Assembly: GCA_017654855.1 (NCBI GenBank)
Contig: CM030335.1
Location: 1,178,001 to 1,242,000, forward strand
DNA length: 64,000 nt
From: Podospora anserina
Lineage: Eukaryota
Reading direction: 5' to 3'
The translations under genes were made by a program, and so were the position numbers. Every line of letters starts with the position of its first letter. The stretch's first letter is position 1. Below, one piece after another: positions 11,839 to 25,334 of this stretch. Below the pieces are notes generated by a model. That model was not told the origin of the DNA and searched no databases. It saw only the letters and a program-made list of their open reading frames with translations.

Positions 11839-12151
11839 GGCTGCGGGATGCTGCTGATTGGTGAGAACAGAGAGTTCGCTTTGACGGTATCCGTGGGTAT
11901 AGATAGTATCAAGCAGCGGGCGGTGTGTCGAATAAAAGCAGGAAGCAAGTAATTGCTGGCTTTTTTCGCAAAGGGAGCAGGAGCAGGAGCAGGTGGAAGT
12001 TGAAGCTCGGAGCCGACGGGGGTGATGCTGTGTGGAAGGGGCTTGTTGAGGTGTGTCTCTCGAGCTCTCTCGGTCGAGAGAAATGCTTATGCGGCGATAC
12101 GGCACACAGACCTCCCGTCGCTCTAGCTGATAGGCAAGGGTAGCTCAGTTG

Positions 12152-12176
12152 ATTGGTGGGGGTCGCGCTGACGTCA
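12152..12176 (-). promoter_or_regulatory. CCAAT box and palindromic CRE (TGACGTCA) upstream of the Crp1/Mdg1-like gene
   Basis: ATTGG at 12152-12156 and TGACGTCA at 12169-12176 lie about 330 bp upstream of the ATG at 11838. Confidence 0.4.
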
Positions 12177-13469
12177 ATTAGATTTGAGAGAGGTGGAGAG
12201 AGAGAGAGAGAGACAAAGGGCCGCGCAACCAGGAAATGGAAAATCTGGGGATTTTAGAGACAAACGGGAGCTGAAGTCTATTTTGAGCTGCCACCAAATC
12301 GTTATCGCAAATCCTTGAACGATAGGGATAGGATAATCAGCGTCAATTTAGTTATTTTTGCAGACAGCGGCGCGCAATCACATCAAACAGTCAACAAATG
12401 GAAGAGGCTGGCTCACTCGGGTCAAAGGTGAAAGCTGCGAATGCGCTAGGGTCCAATTGCGCACGCCAAGGCAGGCCACCCGGCCACGTCCGTTGAGGAT
12501 CACGATTCTTGGCCTAGGTACTTTGTAACCCCCACCGCCGTCCCTTACCCATCCTTTCTCACACGTGGATGTTCACCGGCTCTAGGTCTCTCGTTGGGGA
12601 AAGAATTTTTCAGCCTTTTGTCTCAACCAACTTCAGCAGCCCGTCTTTGACATTTTGGTCATGCTGGTTCCTCTCGGCTCGTTGCTTGTTGAAGCCATCC
12701 TGTGCACAAAGATAACGCCACCACGACCTTGTACGGCACAGAACCATCACATTGGTGTGGAAGCTTCGAGCTCAAAACTGTCAAACCGAACCTCAAATTT
12801 GTTACGCACGTCATCCCACCAAAAGTGTTTGCAAGAGTGGCAGCCATGTCAGCCTATTTTAGCACACCGACCAGGTACCTGGCAGCCTGGCATGACATGC
12901 ACTCACTTACACACAACCGACCACATGTAACCCTAACCCAACCTGCCAACGTGGACAACAATACTCCCTAGACATACATATGCACTCCCAGTTCGCGACT
13001 TGGCAGACATTATTGATCGATCTGCATATCATCCCTCATTCACATTCCATCTCACTATCCCTATAAACACTATCCCGTGCCGAATAAGTTCGTTGTGTGT
13101 GGCTTCCATTTTTCATCGTCCACCTCCTTTCTACAGCAGTCCCTGCCGGTACCAAGGAGCCAGACCAACAAAAAAAAGTGGTGTTTGAGAACGCCAGTTC
13201 CATGCCAACCAAAAAGTAAACAATGAGATAAATGGTGCCAGAGAGAAACAAAGGTTGCAGCAATGAGGATAAACAATCCACCTGCAAGCTCTTGCTCTCG
13301 GACCAAAGAATAACACAAAACAAAAGCACCTATATATCCAAACTCCAGGAATTCGTTCATAAAAAGAACGTGATCATGACCCAATTTTTTTTTTAAAAAA
13401 AGAACAACCAATCCCTTCCAAGCACTTTTGTCAGTCAGAACAAAAGCTTCAGTTTTATGAACCCGTCTT

Positions 13470-15522
13470 TTACCACCCAAACTGCTCACAATGCAGTTCA
13501 ACCCCTGGCCCATCCCCCTGGATCAACCTCGCGGTAGTATCCCTGACCACTCTCATCAACCCATGTGGCCCGCATGCAGCCACCAGAACCCGTTGGTTAG
13601 CCGGTGTGCTGTTGACAGCGTCCCTGATCAACGAAGCCGCATCTGGACGACCCTCCTTGATTGGGTGCTCAAACCGGTGCGCTGACGCCGAAGTAACAAT
13701 CTCTTTGCCTGACGATCGGCTGCTCTGATGCTCGACATGGGTCTCGATGGCTTCGTGCATCTCCTTCTCGGGGTCCCTATCCCCCAGTGGCCGTCGGTGC
13801 GTGGGAACTGGAATACGTGGCTCGTTCTTCTCCGTATCGGTATCAATAGGTGACCGTGGCGGTGAGGCCACTTCATTATCAGAGGATGACGACCTGGATT
13901 GAAGGAGCGGGTTCTGCCCGTCGCTCGGAAGGTCGGAGGTCGAGATGGGGGATCGGGTCACGTAGAGGGTGACGTTGACTTTGGTTGAGTGAGCGTGGGT
14001 GCGCAAGAGGTCGAGCTGTTCCTTGAACCAAGAGAGGTTCTCTGTTGGGTGGTTGAGTCAGTCCAACTGCTCTGGCATAGAGGTAAACAGGACAAGCTTA
14101 CCGTGCTTTTGAACTGCCCAAATAAAAACAATATTCTTGTGAGTCTCCTCTGTCATCCGCTCCAGAACATTCACTGCCAAACCAAATGTGAAGGTAGCAC
14201 CGCCACCGCCAGCAATAAGCACAATCTTGTCGAACTCCATGGGGTCAGGGAAGGTGCCATAAGGACCATCAACCGATGCCTTTACTGAGACACCAGGGTT
14301 GGCAACGGCATAGTTGTGAAGATCTCGTGTGAAGCCATTCTGAGCCTTGACGGTGAACTCGACAGGCGATCCGCGGTGGATGGTAAAGGGGTGTGTCTCC
14401 AACTTCCGAATAGCGGGCAACCAGATAAAACAGTGCTTTCCTGGTTCAGCTCTTGCCGGAACCTTCTTGAGAACGACCTTGGTTCCCCCGTTGGGCAGAG
14501 GGTAAAGAGTGGCTTCGTTGTTGACACTGTTGTACAAGACTCGAGACATCCTGATGATGCGGTCGGCGACCCACATCAATGCGGCAAGGAGTGTGATGAT
14601 GTATGCTGGCTTGGTGAACTCGGGCTGGTGGAAGCCTGTTGCAACGATGCCCACAATCCAGCAGGTAATGTGAGTGACATAAAACAACTCATACCAGAAG
14701 CGCCGAAGAATGACCGCTGCGAATACGACACTGAGGAAAGCAAAGCCTGCAACGATGGCTGCGATCTCACCCGGTTCGGCATACTTGGTCAGCAGGCGGC
14801 CTTGGCTGTTGAAGAAGGCCGTGTACATGGCTCCGTGCAGAACCATCTGCGTAAACATGGTGTAGCCTGCGATTTGGTGAAGGCAGTTGAGTCGTTCATA
14901 TGAGTAAGCTGTGAGAAAAGCAAGGGGCGTGTTCTTGAGGGCTAGGAAGACGAGGAATGCGAGGTTGACCAGAGCCATCCTACCAGACTGTCAGCATACA
15001 TCACGGTACGTCATGGAGAAGGAAGCCATACCAGCCAAATCGTGCCGCAAAGTTGGACAATGAGTTGGTCTCGACGTGAATGAACATGGCCATCAGATTG
15101 AGTGCCAAGTAAACAATAACCAGAATTGCATGCCCGGCCGAGCTGAAGCCAGGAACCTTTCTGACCAGAAGGTTTCTGGTGAGTCTGAGTATAGTTTCTC
15201 GTCAGTCAACTAGTACTCAGCCTGCAGAAACTCTCCCTTCATACCTTGAGGTTGCCACGAAAGGACGGCCAAACATTCCCAGAGGCTTCTTGGATCTCTC
15301 CAGCTTTACCACCAGCAGACGTGTCCAGTGGAAAAGCACAAAGACGGCGATCAAGCCACAGATCCCTGCCGCATAGTATCTCATTGCCTGTTCTGACACC
15401 TTCTGCCTCGCGGCGAACATGGCATAGTAGGCAGGGTTGCTAGGCCCATGGCTAGCCTGGCCACCGGCGGCCGTGCCTCCATGCCCGCCTCCGGTCGCTG
15501 TACTTGGGGACGGTCCGGCCAT
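13470..15522 (-). CDS. Ferric/cupric reductase transmembrane component, FRE/NOX family (exons 15522-15245, ~15184-15032, 14979-14102, 14041-13470)
   Basis: Heme-ligating His pairs in TM helices (SYERLNCLHQIAG...LHG; YVTH...FHQ), FAD motif HPFT, NADPH motifs VDGPYG and LIAGGGG, and C-terminal AACGP and HCEQFGW. Introns are canonical. Confidence 0.92.
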
Positions 15523-15637
15523 CACGGAGCTGAGGTTATAGGAGCAAGTGGAGTTGCTGAGAAGGCAGCACTGGGTGAGGTTGCGGACGAGACAAAGATA
15601 GAAGCAGGGCTGGGCAGGATGGGCGGGCAGCAACTGC

Positions 15638-15643
15638 TTTATA
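15638..15643 (-). promoter_or_regulatory. Putative TATA box (TATAAA) of the ferric reductase gene
   Basis: TATAAA on the minus strand about 115 bp upstream of ATG 15522, followed by a pyrimidine-rich leader. Confidence 0.4.
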
Positions 15644-18600
15644 CAAGCTAGGGGTCTTCAGCAAAGCAACAAGGAGCCAGGGGCAAGGACGAGAGCAAGA
15701 ACCGAAACTTGAAAAGAAGGACCGTGGTCTAGACCTTCCTTGAGTAACCCATATTACTCTGGGAACCTGGTATATATCTAGTCTTCCCGCAAGCCATCGT
15801 GGCCAGCAGGGCTCCCCGCCAGCTTGTTGAAACGGGGGAGGTTGAGTGGAGCGTGTCAAGTCGGTACTCCCATATACGGAGCCGACTTGGATGAAAACAT
15901 GGCAGGGGGGCATTTAGACTACCAGAATGAAAAGTTGATTGCTTCAGCGTCACATGGAGGAGCTTGGTAGCTACAAGCCAGGCGTCCACGGCACTTCGAA
16001 CTCCACCATATCCCTGCCAGACTGGTGATGGCAAGTTCCGTCCGTCTTTGGTCACCATGGCTGCCAGCCGGCCTCCAGGACTGCCTGACGACCTCCACGA
16101 TGCTCTCACGCTGGGGAGTACGCGGCGCTTCACCGGCCGTGTCGTCAAGCCCCAAAGGGGTGGATTCTGCGGGCAGGCGATGCGGGTCCCGGGGCTGGCA
16201 TGCAGGGCCGGCGGGCGTGTGTTCTGTGACAACCTTTTCGGGGGGGTTGAGATATTGACGGTTTCCCATCTGGGAATTTGGTCAGACTGACAAAGCAGCA
16301 ACGCCTGTCCCCAGACAGATAGACGAGGCCCTAGAGGGCACAACGAATGTGGAACGCCAGCCATGGCCTGGCATAGATGGGCTACAACTGGAAGGGCCAT
16401 CGTCATTGGCGCAACGGTAGTATCAGCAATCTGGCTAAAAAGGGAGGATAATAACTGGCCCACTAGAGCAAATCCCGCCTGACCGTTGAAACTCGTGCAT
16501 CGAATGCGTAGCCGTGAGGGAGCGAGTCCCAGGAAAGGCCCCTGGCTGCCATCCAATATCTACCCCACAAACTCGCAAACGCACGCAATATCTGTCAATA
16601 TCAACGCCGACCCTCTATCAAGTTTTGGCAACCTCGTCCGGGCACCGGTCTGTGGGGCTCCGGGAGACGAGGCCTGTTGCTGGCTCTCTGGTTCTGCCGC
16701 ACTGCAGGCGACCATCACCGACCGCTGCACCACACTCCAGCTTGCAGGCCCTACCTCCACCAAGCAACATGGAGGTGACGGTTCGGTCTTTCGCCACGTG
16801 AGACGCGGTTGAGATAGGCGAGGACGTAGCCGAATTGACCGCGTCAGACGCGAGAAGCAGTAGCAACTGAAGCGAATATGACATATCTCTGTGTCTGTGT
16901 CTGTCCCGCCTCCCTGAGAAACAAAGGGCATAAGGGAAGGGAAGGGCAGAGATGAAAAGAGGGGCGTGTCCGTCTATCTGAATCTGAACCACAGGACTCG
17001 TCGAGGATCCCACGACGAAACAGGCATGCAGGATAATAGCAGTTGATGAACCAGCGCAAATCATAACGCGGCATAGTGAACAGGCGCGGCAGATTGACTT
17101 TTGGACTGCCCGGGGGCGGTGGTGGTGGTGAACAGGGGGGTGACTGATAATAAGAAATGGAATATGCAGAACAACGGGCAGATAGAAACAACCAAAAGCT
17201 TGGTTGCCACGCCCAATCCCATCCGTCTTGTCTCTCCCCAGGTTGGGTGTGCGGACCGTTTTTGTCTTGGGACGGCAGGAGGGTTTGCCAGAAAAGAAGG
17301 ATTTTATCCATGAGACGGAAAAGCTTCCATGAGGCGGTTGTGGCCCACTGTGTCATCACATGTCTTTTCGTCTCGGAGACAGCATCCGTTCAAAACTGTG
17401 GAAGCGAAGTCAGATGCAAGCACTCGGAGTGGTTCAAAAGCAGTAGGTAGCAAGCGCGGTACTTGGCAGTTGGGCAGCTCGTGGGCACGGACGGGGCGTG
17501 GGTAAGGACAGCTTCCATTGCCGATGTTGCAAGGAGCCATGGCTGTTGACATTGACAAGGTGGTGGTGATGGGATGAACGGCGGAGGGCCAATCAAGCTG
17601 AGGCCGGGCCACGATCACCGGCTTGCAGAGGTACAAGAATCGGGCCAATTTCAGGAACAAGAAAGGGCAAAAGAGAGAGAACAATCGGGAAATAGCTGGT
17701 GCAAGGAGAGACTACACAAAGATCGCCAGGCGGAAGGCCCTCCAGGCCCTCCCTCACCTGCCGTCAGTTTTAACTCGATCAGTCGCTCCCCCGCGCCGTG
17801 GGGAACTGGGGTTGCCTCCGTTGCGCTAAGCCCTATTGGGTAACCTCGCAGGCTTGAATGCCGAGACCTTGCCCAGATTGGCCTTGACCCATTGACTTTC
17901 TTTCCTTCCATTTCTTCTGCAGAGCAGCACCGCTACTTACTTTACATCAGGTTTTGCGCCCAGAGGCCGATGTCCTTATTGCAACAATACCTATGGCAGG
18001 CCTTCAGTCTCAACAGTCCGACGTCTTACGTGTTGTATGCTGTCGGCATTTGACGACATTTCCAAGGCGCCGAGGGCGTGGAAAATTGGTTTGAGGAAAC
18101 GGTCACCGACAGCGTGCATCACCGATGCAGCAAGTGGTTGCGACAGCCTCCGAAGATCAGGAGCAGCCGCTTTCTGTGCGTCTGGTCAAGGTGTGTGTGT
18201 GTGTGTGTTTCCTATCGGTGTATCTTGCCGGACCCCCCTCCGTGATGCCCGCAATGACGAGATGACCCACCAAGCCTGCAACCACCACAAAACAGGGGAC
18301 TAACCCTCACGCCAAAGGGAAGCAGCTGTCACGAATTACAATCAACAGGCGAGATGTAATTGTCAGAAAAGAGAGGCCGTGACCCTCTGGAGGATGCGAT
18401 CACTCCCATCTCGGTACATTTTTCTCCATGTCCCAGTTGGGCATATAGCTACTTACATACAGGTTACTACTCACACAGCACGGACCCTATCAACATGTTT
18501 GGTCGCTTCCATCAGAGCTGCAAGCGATCTCTTGTCTCCCTCCCCAGTCTGTGCGGGATTCTGCACCAGGACGGCTTTGTCAGATCTTACTTTCCACGTC

Positions 18601-19707
18601 TTCATTTGGACCCTCGATCCTACCGCCATTCACGTTCTAAGCGAGGGCCGTTTGCTGTCATGCTTGACTTACACGCAACCTCTGGATCCACCGCCAAGAA
18701 ATTACCCGCGTCCAGCTATGCTACCCTTCAAGCCTTACGCTGTGTTACTTATCGGTCCGGGGTGATGGTGCAAGTAAGATTGGGGCCGAGAGCAACGCCC
18801 CTAGTGCATTATAGCTTCTCTTCCTGGCTATGATCCGATATCTAGTTATGGACAGACTTCTGCTCTCGGCGGTAACCCGGCCACTGGTGTCCAACAACAA
18901 CCTCACCTTGTTTTTTTGGTGATGGGTTCACATCTCTTATCTTTTTGGGTGTGTGGTATCAGGACCTAACTCTGGGCCTGTTGGACGGGCAAGCATGCTG
19001 CAGGATCAAGTAGGTACCTATTCAGGATGGTGTTGCAGTTGCGGTTCTTTAACCACTAGAGCTATGGCTGGGTTTTCTATCCACGTTGCATCAACCATGT
19101 CGGTTGTTGCGTGCGGTGGAACTTCTCAACCAGGCCTTTGTTCGGGGCATATTCCGCCCATCAATGAGATCTTCAACCTGTCGCCCATCTATCTACTCGG
19201 CCAGATTGACCACGGCACATGAAAAGCCAGTCCAACCTTGGTGGGAAGCTCCGAGCAGCCAACAGGTTGGTGGAGATGGACAGTTGAATTTACCTCGCCA
19301 GCATGTCGAACCGCTCCCTGACTGCAACATCATTTGGGCGCTTCTACAAGGGCCCATCGCGGAACTGCTGACTGATGAGAAGGTGTTTCTTACATGATAT
19401 CACGGCACGTTCCAGGTTGGTGGGGAAAACAGTAAAGATGAGTGCAATAACAAAAACTTTTATTTCTAAAGCAGATTTCTAAGACAAGGCAGATGCTGAC
19501 AAGACACGGGCGACAGATCACATTCCAAATACAGACTCCTGGACTCCACGCGACTGTGACTCTAAGCAAAACCAAACCTCCTCCACCGTTTTACGCACTT
19601 ATCCTGACGGTAGACCAGCTACGGCGAAGACAAAGGATTGTTAGTATACGGACAATAATAAGCCATGGACGATGCAGAAACGACGGGATAGTGTTGGGTA
19701 GGGAGAG

Positions 19708-21552
19708 TTAGTCAAACCTGAAGCCGGCCAGTCGAGCCCCAAAGTAGATAGAGGGGAAGGTAGCGCACATAATGTGAAACCAGCTGACAAAGGTGAGGTA
19801 GGGCATGTTCCCAAAGCAGCCCCCGTTGATGTACCCACCATACCCGCCAACCATGATGAGGTTCCACTGGTAGGCGTACACGAGGGAGCCGAGGAGGAGG
19901 AGGAGAAGGATGAGATCTTGCCAGGAGAACCCGCTCCCCTTGTCAGCAGATTCCTTCTTGGCAGTAACAGTAGTAGTAGCAGCAGTAACTGTTGTTGGGA
20001 AAGGCCTAATAATTTTGGAGGGAGAGACAAAATCAGGGGTGCTCTTGCTTCTCTTGGGGGAACCGTTAGTTAAACTGCCACTCTTGGGGGTGGCTTTCTT
20101 GGGAGTGGTGGGAGGGGTCTTCTTTGGGGTCACAGGGGGGTCCGTGTTGAATACCTTGAGGGGCCTGCGTACCGTCTGCTGGAAGAGATATGGAGCGAGG
20201 GCGCTGGGGGAGATTTTGTCCCAGTCGACGTCGGTGGGGACCTTCCACACGTACTCACCGGGCTGTTCCCACGCCGAGGCGGAGTACTGGCCCGACCTGA
20301 CGGTGCCGGTGCTGTCCGAGTTGACTGTGCCTGACTTGCCGGTGGGGGTGGCGGGTTCCTCCTTGAAGGGGTTGCGGAGTTTATTTGTGGAGTGCCAGTC
20401 ATAGATCGACTCGATGACCTTGATCATCCAGTCCGGGAGGGACTCGCCCTCCTCGAGGTCGTGGTAGATCTCGAGGGCGCGGACGTCGCGCTTGAGGGCC
20501 TTTTCCCGGTCGGTGAGGGTGGGGTCGTCGGAGTATTGGAGGTAGTCGGGGTAACGGAGCGAGAGAGGGTTGGGGTGGGAGTAGTAGAGCTGGTCTACGG
20601 GGGTGTTTTCGACGAGCTTGGCCCGGGCGAGCTGCTGCTCTCGGGTTGGTCGCCAGTGGTAGTTGAAGGTGTCAACCGGTTCGGGCTTCTTGGTTTCAGG
20701 CAAGTGGCTTTCAGCGGGGATGGCTCCGTCGTCACCTCCGGACCAACTATCCTGAGATTTGTCCTCGGAGGAGGATGTGAGAGGCTCGGTGGAGGTGGAT
20801 CCGGTAGAGTCACTAGTAAAGTTGAATATAAACCTCCTGACGCCCGTTGTGGTACCAGCGTTGTTCCACGTGTTATCAACAGGTTCCGTGTTTTCCCATC
20901 TGGTATAAGTGGTCTCCTGTGGCTTACCAGCCTTCGGAGTCTCCTTATCAGATGGGGAGGGGATGATTGTGGAGGAGGTGGCCTTCTCAGAGACAGCGGG
21001 AGAGCTGCCCAACTGAGAGACAGTGGGAGAGTTGAGGGTATCCTCGTCCAACTTGTTACCGTTGTCCTTGAACTTGTCCGGAGTGACACTGCAGGTCTGG
21101 TCCTGGTCATACTTGGATGATGAAGAAGAGGTGCTGTTCACTTCCGTAGGGTCATGGATGACCGTCACAGGGTCGGAATTGGTAGATCCGGTAGAACGGC
21201 TGGGTTTGGCAGGGCTTTGATCAGTGTTCCCTCCGTTGGGGTAAAAAATGACCGTCACCGGGTCCGAATTGGTAGACCCGGCAGGGGAAGCGGACTTGGC
21301 AGATTTGGCAGAGGAAGCGGAGTCAACAGACTCGGCAACAGAGTTGGAATCGGGCTCAGCACCAGTCTCAGTCTCGGGCTCGGCATCAGTATCGGCCTCA
21401 GTATCTGTCTCGGTCTCGGACTGAGTATCAGGTTCGGAGTTCTGCTGGTGCTCTTTGAGGGCAGAGTATGTGGAGTCGGAATCAAAGTCGCTGATGGACC
21501 CGCGATGAGGTCGAAACACAGACCCAAAAGCGTTCTGAATGGCCTCAAACAT
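19708..21552 (-). CDS. Orphan 614-aa Ser/Thr/acidic low-complexity protein with C-terminal transmembrane segment(s)
   Basis: Long intronless ORF with a good start context (CACCATG). It has a hydrophobic segment LILLLLLLGSLVYAY near the C-terminus and no recognised domain. Confidence 0.7.
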   Translation of the reverse strand: MFEAIQNAFGSVFRPHRGSISDFDSDSTYSALKEHQQNSEPDTQSETETDTEADTDAEPETETGAEPDSNSVAESVDSASSAKSAKSASPAGSTNSDPVTVIFYPNGGNTDQSPAKPSRSTGSTNSDPVTVIHDPTEVNSTSSSSSKYDQDQTCSVTPDKFKDNGNKLDEDTLNSPTVSQLGSSPAVSEKATSSTIIPSPSDKETPKAGKPQETTYTRWENTEPVDNTWNNAGTTTGVRRFIFNFTSDSTGSTSTEPLTSSSEDKSQDSWSGGDDGAIPAESHLPETKKPEPVDTFNYHWRPTREQQLARAKLVENTPVDQLYYSHPNPLSLRYPDYLQYSDDPTLTDREKALKRDVRALEIYHDLEEGESLPDWMIKVIESIYDWHSTNKLRNPFKEEPATPTGKSGTVNSDSTGTVRSGQYSASAWEQPGEYVWKVPTDVDWDKISPSALAPYLFQQTVRRPLKVFNTDPPVTPKKTPPTTPKKATPKSGSLTNGSPKRSKSTPDFVSPSKIIRPFPTTVTAATTTVTAKKESADKGSGFSWQDLILLLLLLGSLVYAYQWNLIMVGGYGGYINGGCFGNMPYLTFVSWFHIMCATFPSIYFGARLAGFRFD

Positions 21553-22572
21553 GGTGAGTGGTGTTTGTGGTTGTGGTGTGATAGGTGTCTGGGGTATGGT
21601 CTAAGGCATACTGTCAAAGTATTATCACAGCAGGTGTCCTGTTGTTGAAGTAGTGTTTAATTAGTATGTCAGTATTGCCACACCAGGTGTTCTGTTGTTA
21701 ATGTAGTGGATGTTGGAGTGTCTGTTCCAGCTTTTTTTCAGGACTTGAGTTGGGAAGACAGCGTGCTTAATACCCAACCAAGAGACATCATAAAGATGTT
21801 TCACTTATGCTGCTTGAGAGAAGGGCTTGTTCTTTCCATAATGACTTGTTCTGTTGTATTATGACAAGCCATAATGGACAATGGGTGTGCTTATTTTAGG
21901 ATGTGTAAAAGTGATACAATGTCTATTGTCTTTCAAGTCTTTGTCCCTTCTGAGACCTCACAATGGAAGAATAGCATCAAGTGACTTTTGGGGTTGAGTT
22001 TCAGTCTTCTTACCCATTGCGCCTTGCTTTCCGATGAAGTTAAAACACAGTCTAGGTCATCATTGAGCAAGGGTCAAAAGTGGGTGGATGATGTGCTCGG
22101 GCGGGTATTTGGTCGTTTGGATTCTCTACCAACGGACTCCGTACAGACAGTGTTGAAGACGACCTTGTTGCAGATTTGAGGCTCGTGAGCATATCTTCCG
22201 CACCACTCGCACCTGGTGCAGCCGTACTAAATCTGAGCGCCAACGTGAGAAAACGTGGAGTATGACGGTCCAGAACATCGGCCGTTTCATGGACGCCTTC
22301 TTGTCTCGTTTCCTATACAACGAGAAAGAAAGAAAAAAAGCTGTGGATACTCGGACCTCGCAAAAAAAAAATACAAATGAGCAAAACTCCCGCTAAAACA
22401 AAACCAAAGCAAGCAGACCCCCCGTCCCCTAACTATAAACGAAAAACCACCCACTCCACACAAAACGAGACATGTAATATTCAAGAATAGACGTCACATC
22501 ACACCGGTTTTTGTGCCAATCAAATATGTAGAGTCGAAACAAAGCAAAGTGAATAGAAATTTGGACTGGTGA

Positions 22573-23909
22573 CTAATTCCACAGATCATTACTTCTCACC
22601 ATTTTGGATATTGGCTCCGGGCTTGTCGGCCCACGTGGCGAGCTCTTGGCTTTCTTCCAACTTCCGTCCTGATACTGCCCAGGTGATGCCGCTGTCATGA
22701 ACATCTTTGGGCTCTGCTCAGGAGAGATATACGGCACAGTGCCTGTCGGCGATTGCTCGTAGGGCGCGCGCTGATAGACGGGGTTGTTTCTCGGAGAAGC
22801 GAGAGAAGGCTCAAGCGGTGAGGGGCGGTGTCTTAACGGGCAAACAGACGATGGAAGCCCCGAGCCGGCATGGCTGGGTGTGTAAGGTGATGGTACCTCG
22901 GAGGCGTTATATGGCTGCAATAAATGGCGCTTGTGGAGGATCTGCCTTCGGGAATGGCGATGAAAGTGCCGTCGCAGAGGGAGGTCACTGAGGGCGTCGG
23001 GGGATGCCAATGGGGAGGTATCGGTCCACGAGGGTCCAAAGGCGCGCCCTACTGGCCAAAGTGTGAGGATAAGAATCGCTAGAAGAACGAGGGTGTCGTC
23101 GAGGAGGAAAGATACGACTTGGGAAACGGCAAGCGAACTGCCAAGACCGCCGGAAGACCCAGCGATTCGCAAGGCGGTTCGAAGTACAAGGAGACATCCA
23201 GCTGCTTGGACAACCAACATAAATTGTTTGAATCGGCGAGATGAGTATGTTGCAGAGAAGGTATTGTCCAAGACGTAGCGTCGATGGTCGATTTTGTACC
23301 AGAAATAGCGATAACCACCCAAGAAGGCGACCAGAGTCGTAGTTTGGAAGGCAAGTCCTGTCAGCAGAATGTTGACGGCCTGATCAACCTGCAAACACAT
23401 ACATTAGTATTCTAGTTTCGACAAAACAGCGGTTTTTCGATTGGAAAACAGGATCATACCTGTGACGCTGATGTTGCGCTGGCAGCATAAATAATGCCCA
23501 CGGATTGGAAGACCAAAGAAAAGATATCCATGATCGTAAAGAAGATGTTGATGTAGAGGGCGTTGGACACGAGCCGAAATTCCTGACCGTAGAGCACAGT
23601 GACATGAGGCAGAACAAGGTAGATGGCTGATCCGACAAAGGTAGCTCCCCAGTGCGTTCCGACCATATACACCGCAAAGTACGCTGGACTTGCAGACTCG
23701 GTGCTGAGAAATATCCTTGCAACATGGGCGACAACTTCGACGATGAGGGCCGCTGTGAGGAGAGAGGTGTATAATGGTGTCTTGTACCGTATTCCTGTGA
23801 AGATGTTGAGCGGAACCAAGGCAGCAAAGGCAGCAAGCATTACTGCATTTCCGGCAGGAGGAACCTGGTAGGAGAGATAGACAGCCTGACCGGGATCCAT
23901 CATAGTCAT
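22573..23909 (-). CDS. RTA1-like (lipid-translocating exporter family) 7-TM protein with a Pro/Ser-rich cytosolic tail (exons 23909-23460, 23388-22573)
   Basis: RTA1-type motifs: LIVEVVAHVARI, FVGSAIYLVL, IFFTIMDIFSLVFQSVG, ILLTGLAFQ, LRTALRI and FLLDDTLVLLA. The GTATGA...CAG intron at 23459-23389 joins the two ORFs in frame. Confidence 0.82.
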
Positions 23910-25334
23910 CGTCTGGTTTGTTTGCTGGCGAAGACTTAACTCAGACAATGGGATTCAGGAAGAGCCAACGCCATCAGTCGAAGTCAGGCCGAGAGTGAGC
24001 ATATGAATGCTAAGGCATAGCATCTACCCAGTCCAGAGACGGGTGAGAGTGCCAGAGGTCAGGGGGGGTTATATCAGGAGAGCTGTTGATGTGGGGGCAG
24101 TTTGTTGGCAGACCCGACCGTTTGGATCCTGGCTGCCCACGGCGCTTAACCTGCAGTCCGATGGTGACTCGGTTCTAGCCTTGGTTGTGTTGAACATCGC
24201 CAACTAGGGTACCTGAGTAGGCACCTTATGCTAATAGCTATATCGCACACATTCATATCATTCTGCTCTCCTGCGGAAGGTCTCATAGGAACATGTGTCC
24301 GTTATCACCACGCTAGCTGGTATCTGTCTGTCATTGACCCAGACCTCGATGGTTCCTCAACACCATACTCTGAGTTGTGTTGCTGTGTGGGCTGACTGAC
24401 TTGTGCTTGCATGAGAGCCGTGCCGATTGTGATCGGTCTTTCTTTGACCAGGGCCCCGGTTGAGTGGAAATCGCGTTGCAATGCAACATTCTCGGCTCTT
24501 CCGGCCAATCGACTGTGACAGTGGCGCAGAACATCCGGCTCTCTTTGGCGAGATGCCATTCGCGACGTGCATCCAGCCCAGTGCTATCTGCATGTTGGCT
24601 CCCAACAGCTCGATTTACCCTGGACGCCAATGAGAAATACCGAACGCTCAACGGTCCTGGTGCAGCCTAATGCTTTAGAACCTCGCAGGAGAGACCCCCA
24701 TACCTAGGCAGAGACGTGTCACATAATGAGAACTCGAGACTCGCAAATGGCTGGCAGGGAGTTACATAGTTGGCGTCTGTTGGTGGTTGATCTGCGCTAG
24801 AAGCTGCAGTGTAGAACCAACATCCATATCTAGCGTCGTCTCTATCGGGAATAAAGCCAACATTGAACAGGCAGCCCTGGCTGGACGTTGGGCGAAGATG
24901 GGTCACAAGGTGAAGATGGTTTTGATAACAAAGAAAGGCTGTTGTTGAAACAAGCGCACGTACCCCCACAGTGCCAAGATACGCTACACCTATTCGCGAC
25001 TCGCACTGTGCCAGCTATTGGTCATTGTAAGCGCCGGCTCTCAGTGTTACACCTATGACGTTGATTTGAAGAATTCCACGAGAAACAGCATCCTTCGCCT
25101 CCTGGGACATCACCAACAGCAACAGATACCCTTCTTCAGACGACACGTCTTCCCCTTTGTTCAGAGAAGTGCCAGACGCCGTGCATCTACTCCACCAGGT
25201 CGCACGTGGGATTGGACGTCAATTACACTCACATTACGACACCCACAATTTGAGGCATCACGGTTCAACGGTCACCACCACCACCACCGTGCCGCACAGT
25301 CTTTAAGCTTTGGGCTTGGCTTGGGCTTAAGCCA

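Noticed and set aside
12139-12190. TAGCTCAGTTG resembling a tRNA A-box/D-arm
   Set aside because: No T-arm (GTTCRA), no acceptor stem and no cloverleaf follow it.
18191-18208. (GT)n microsatellite, also (GA)n at ~12196 and (GAGAAA)n at ~43140
   Set aside because: Ordinary short simple repeats with no further structure.
15650-19400. Many short ORFs in the ~4-kb region upstream of the ferric reductase, including protein-like fragments at 18950-19400
   Set aside because: No recognisable domain, codon bias or consistent splice structure. A gene relic cannot be excluded without tblastn. Scattered GATAA and TTTGCTC sites are at chance frequency.
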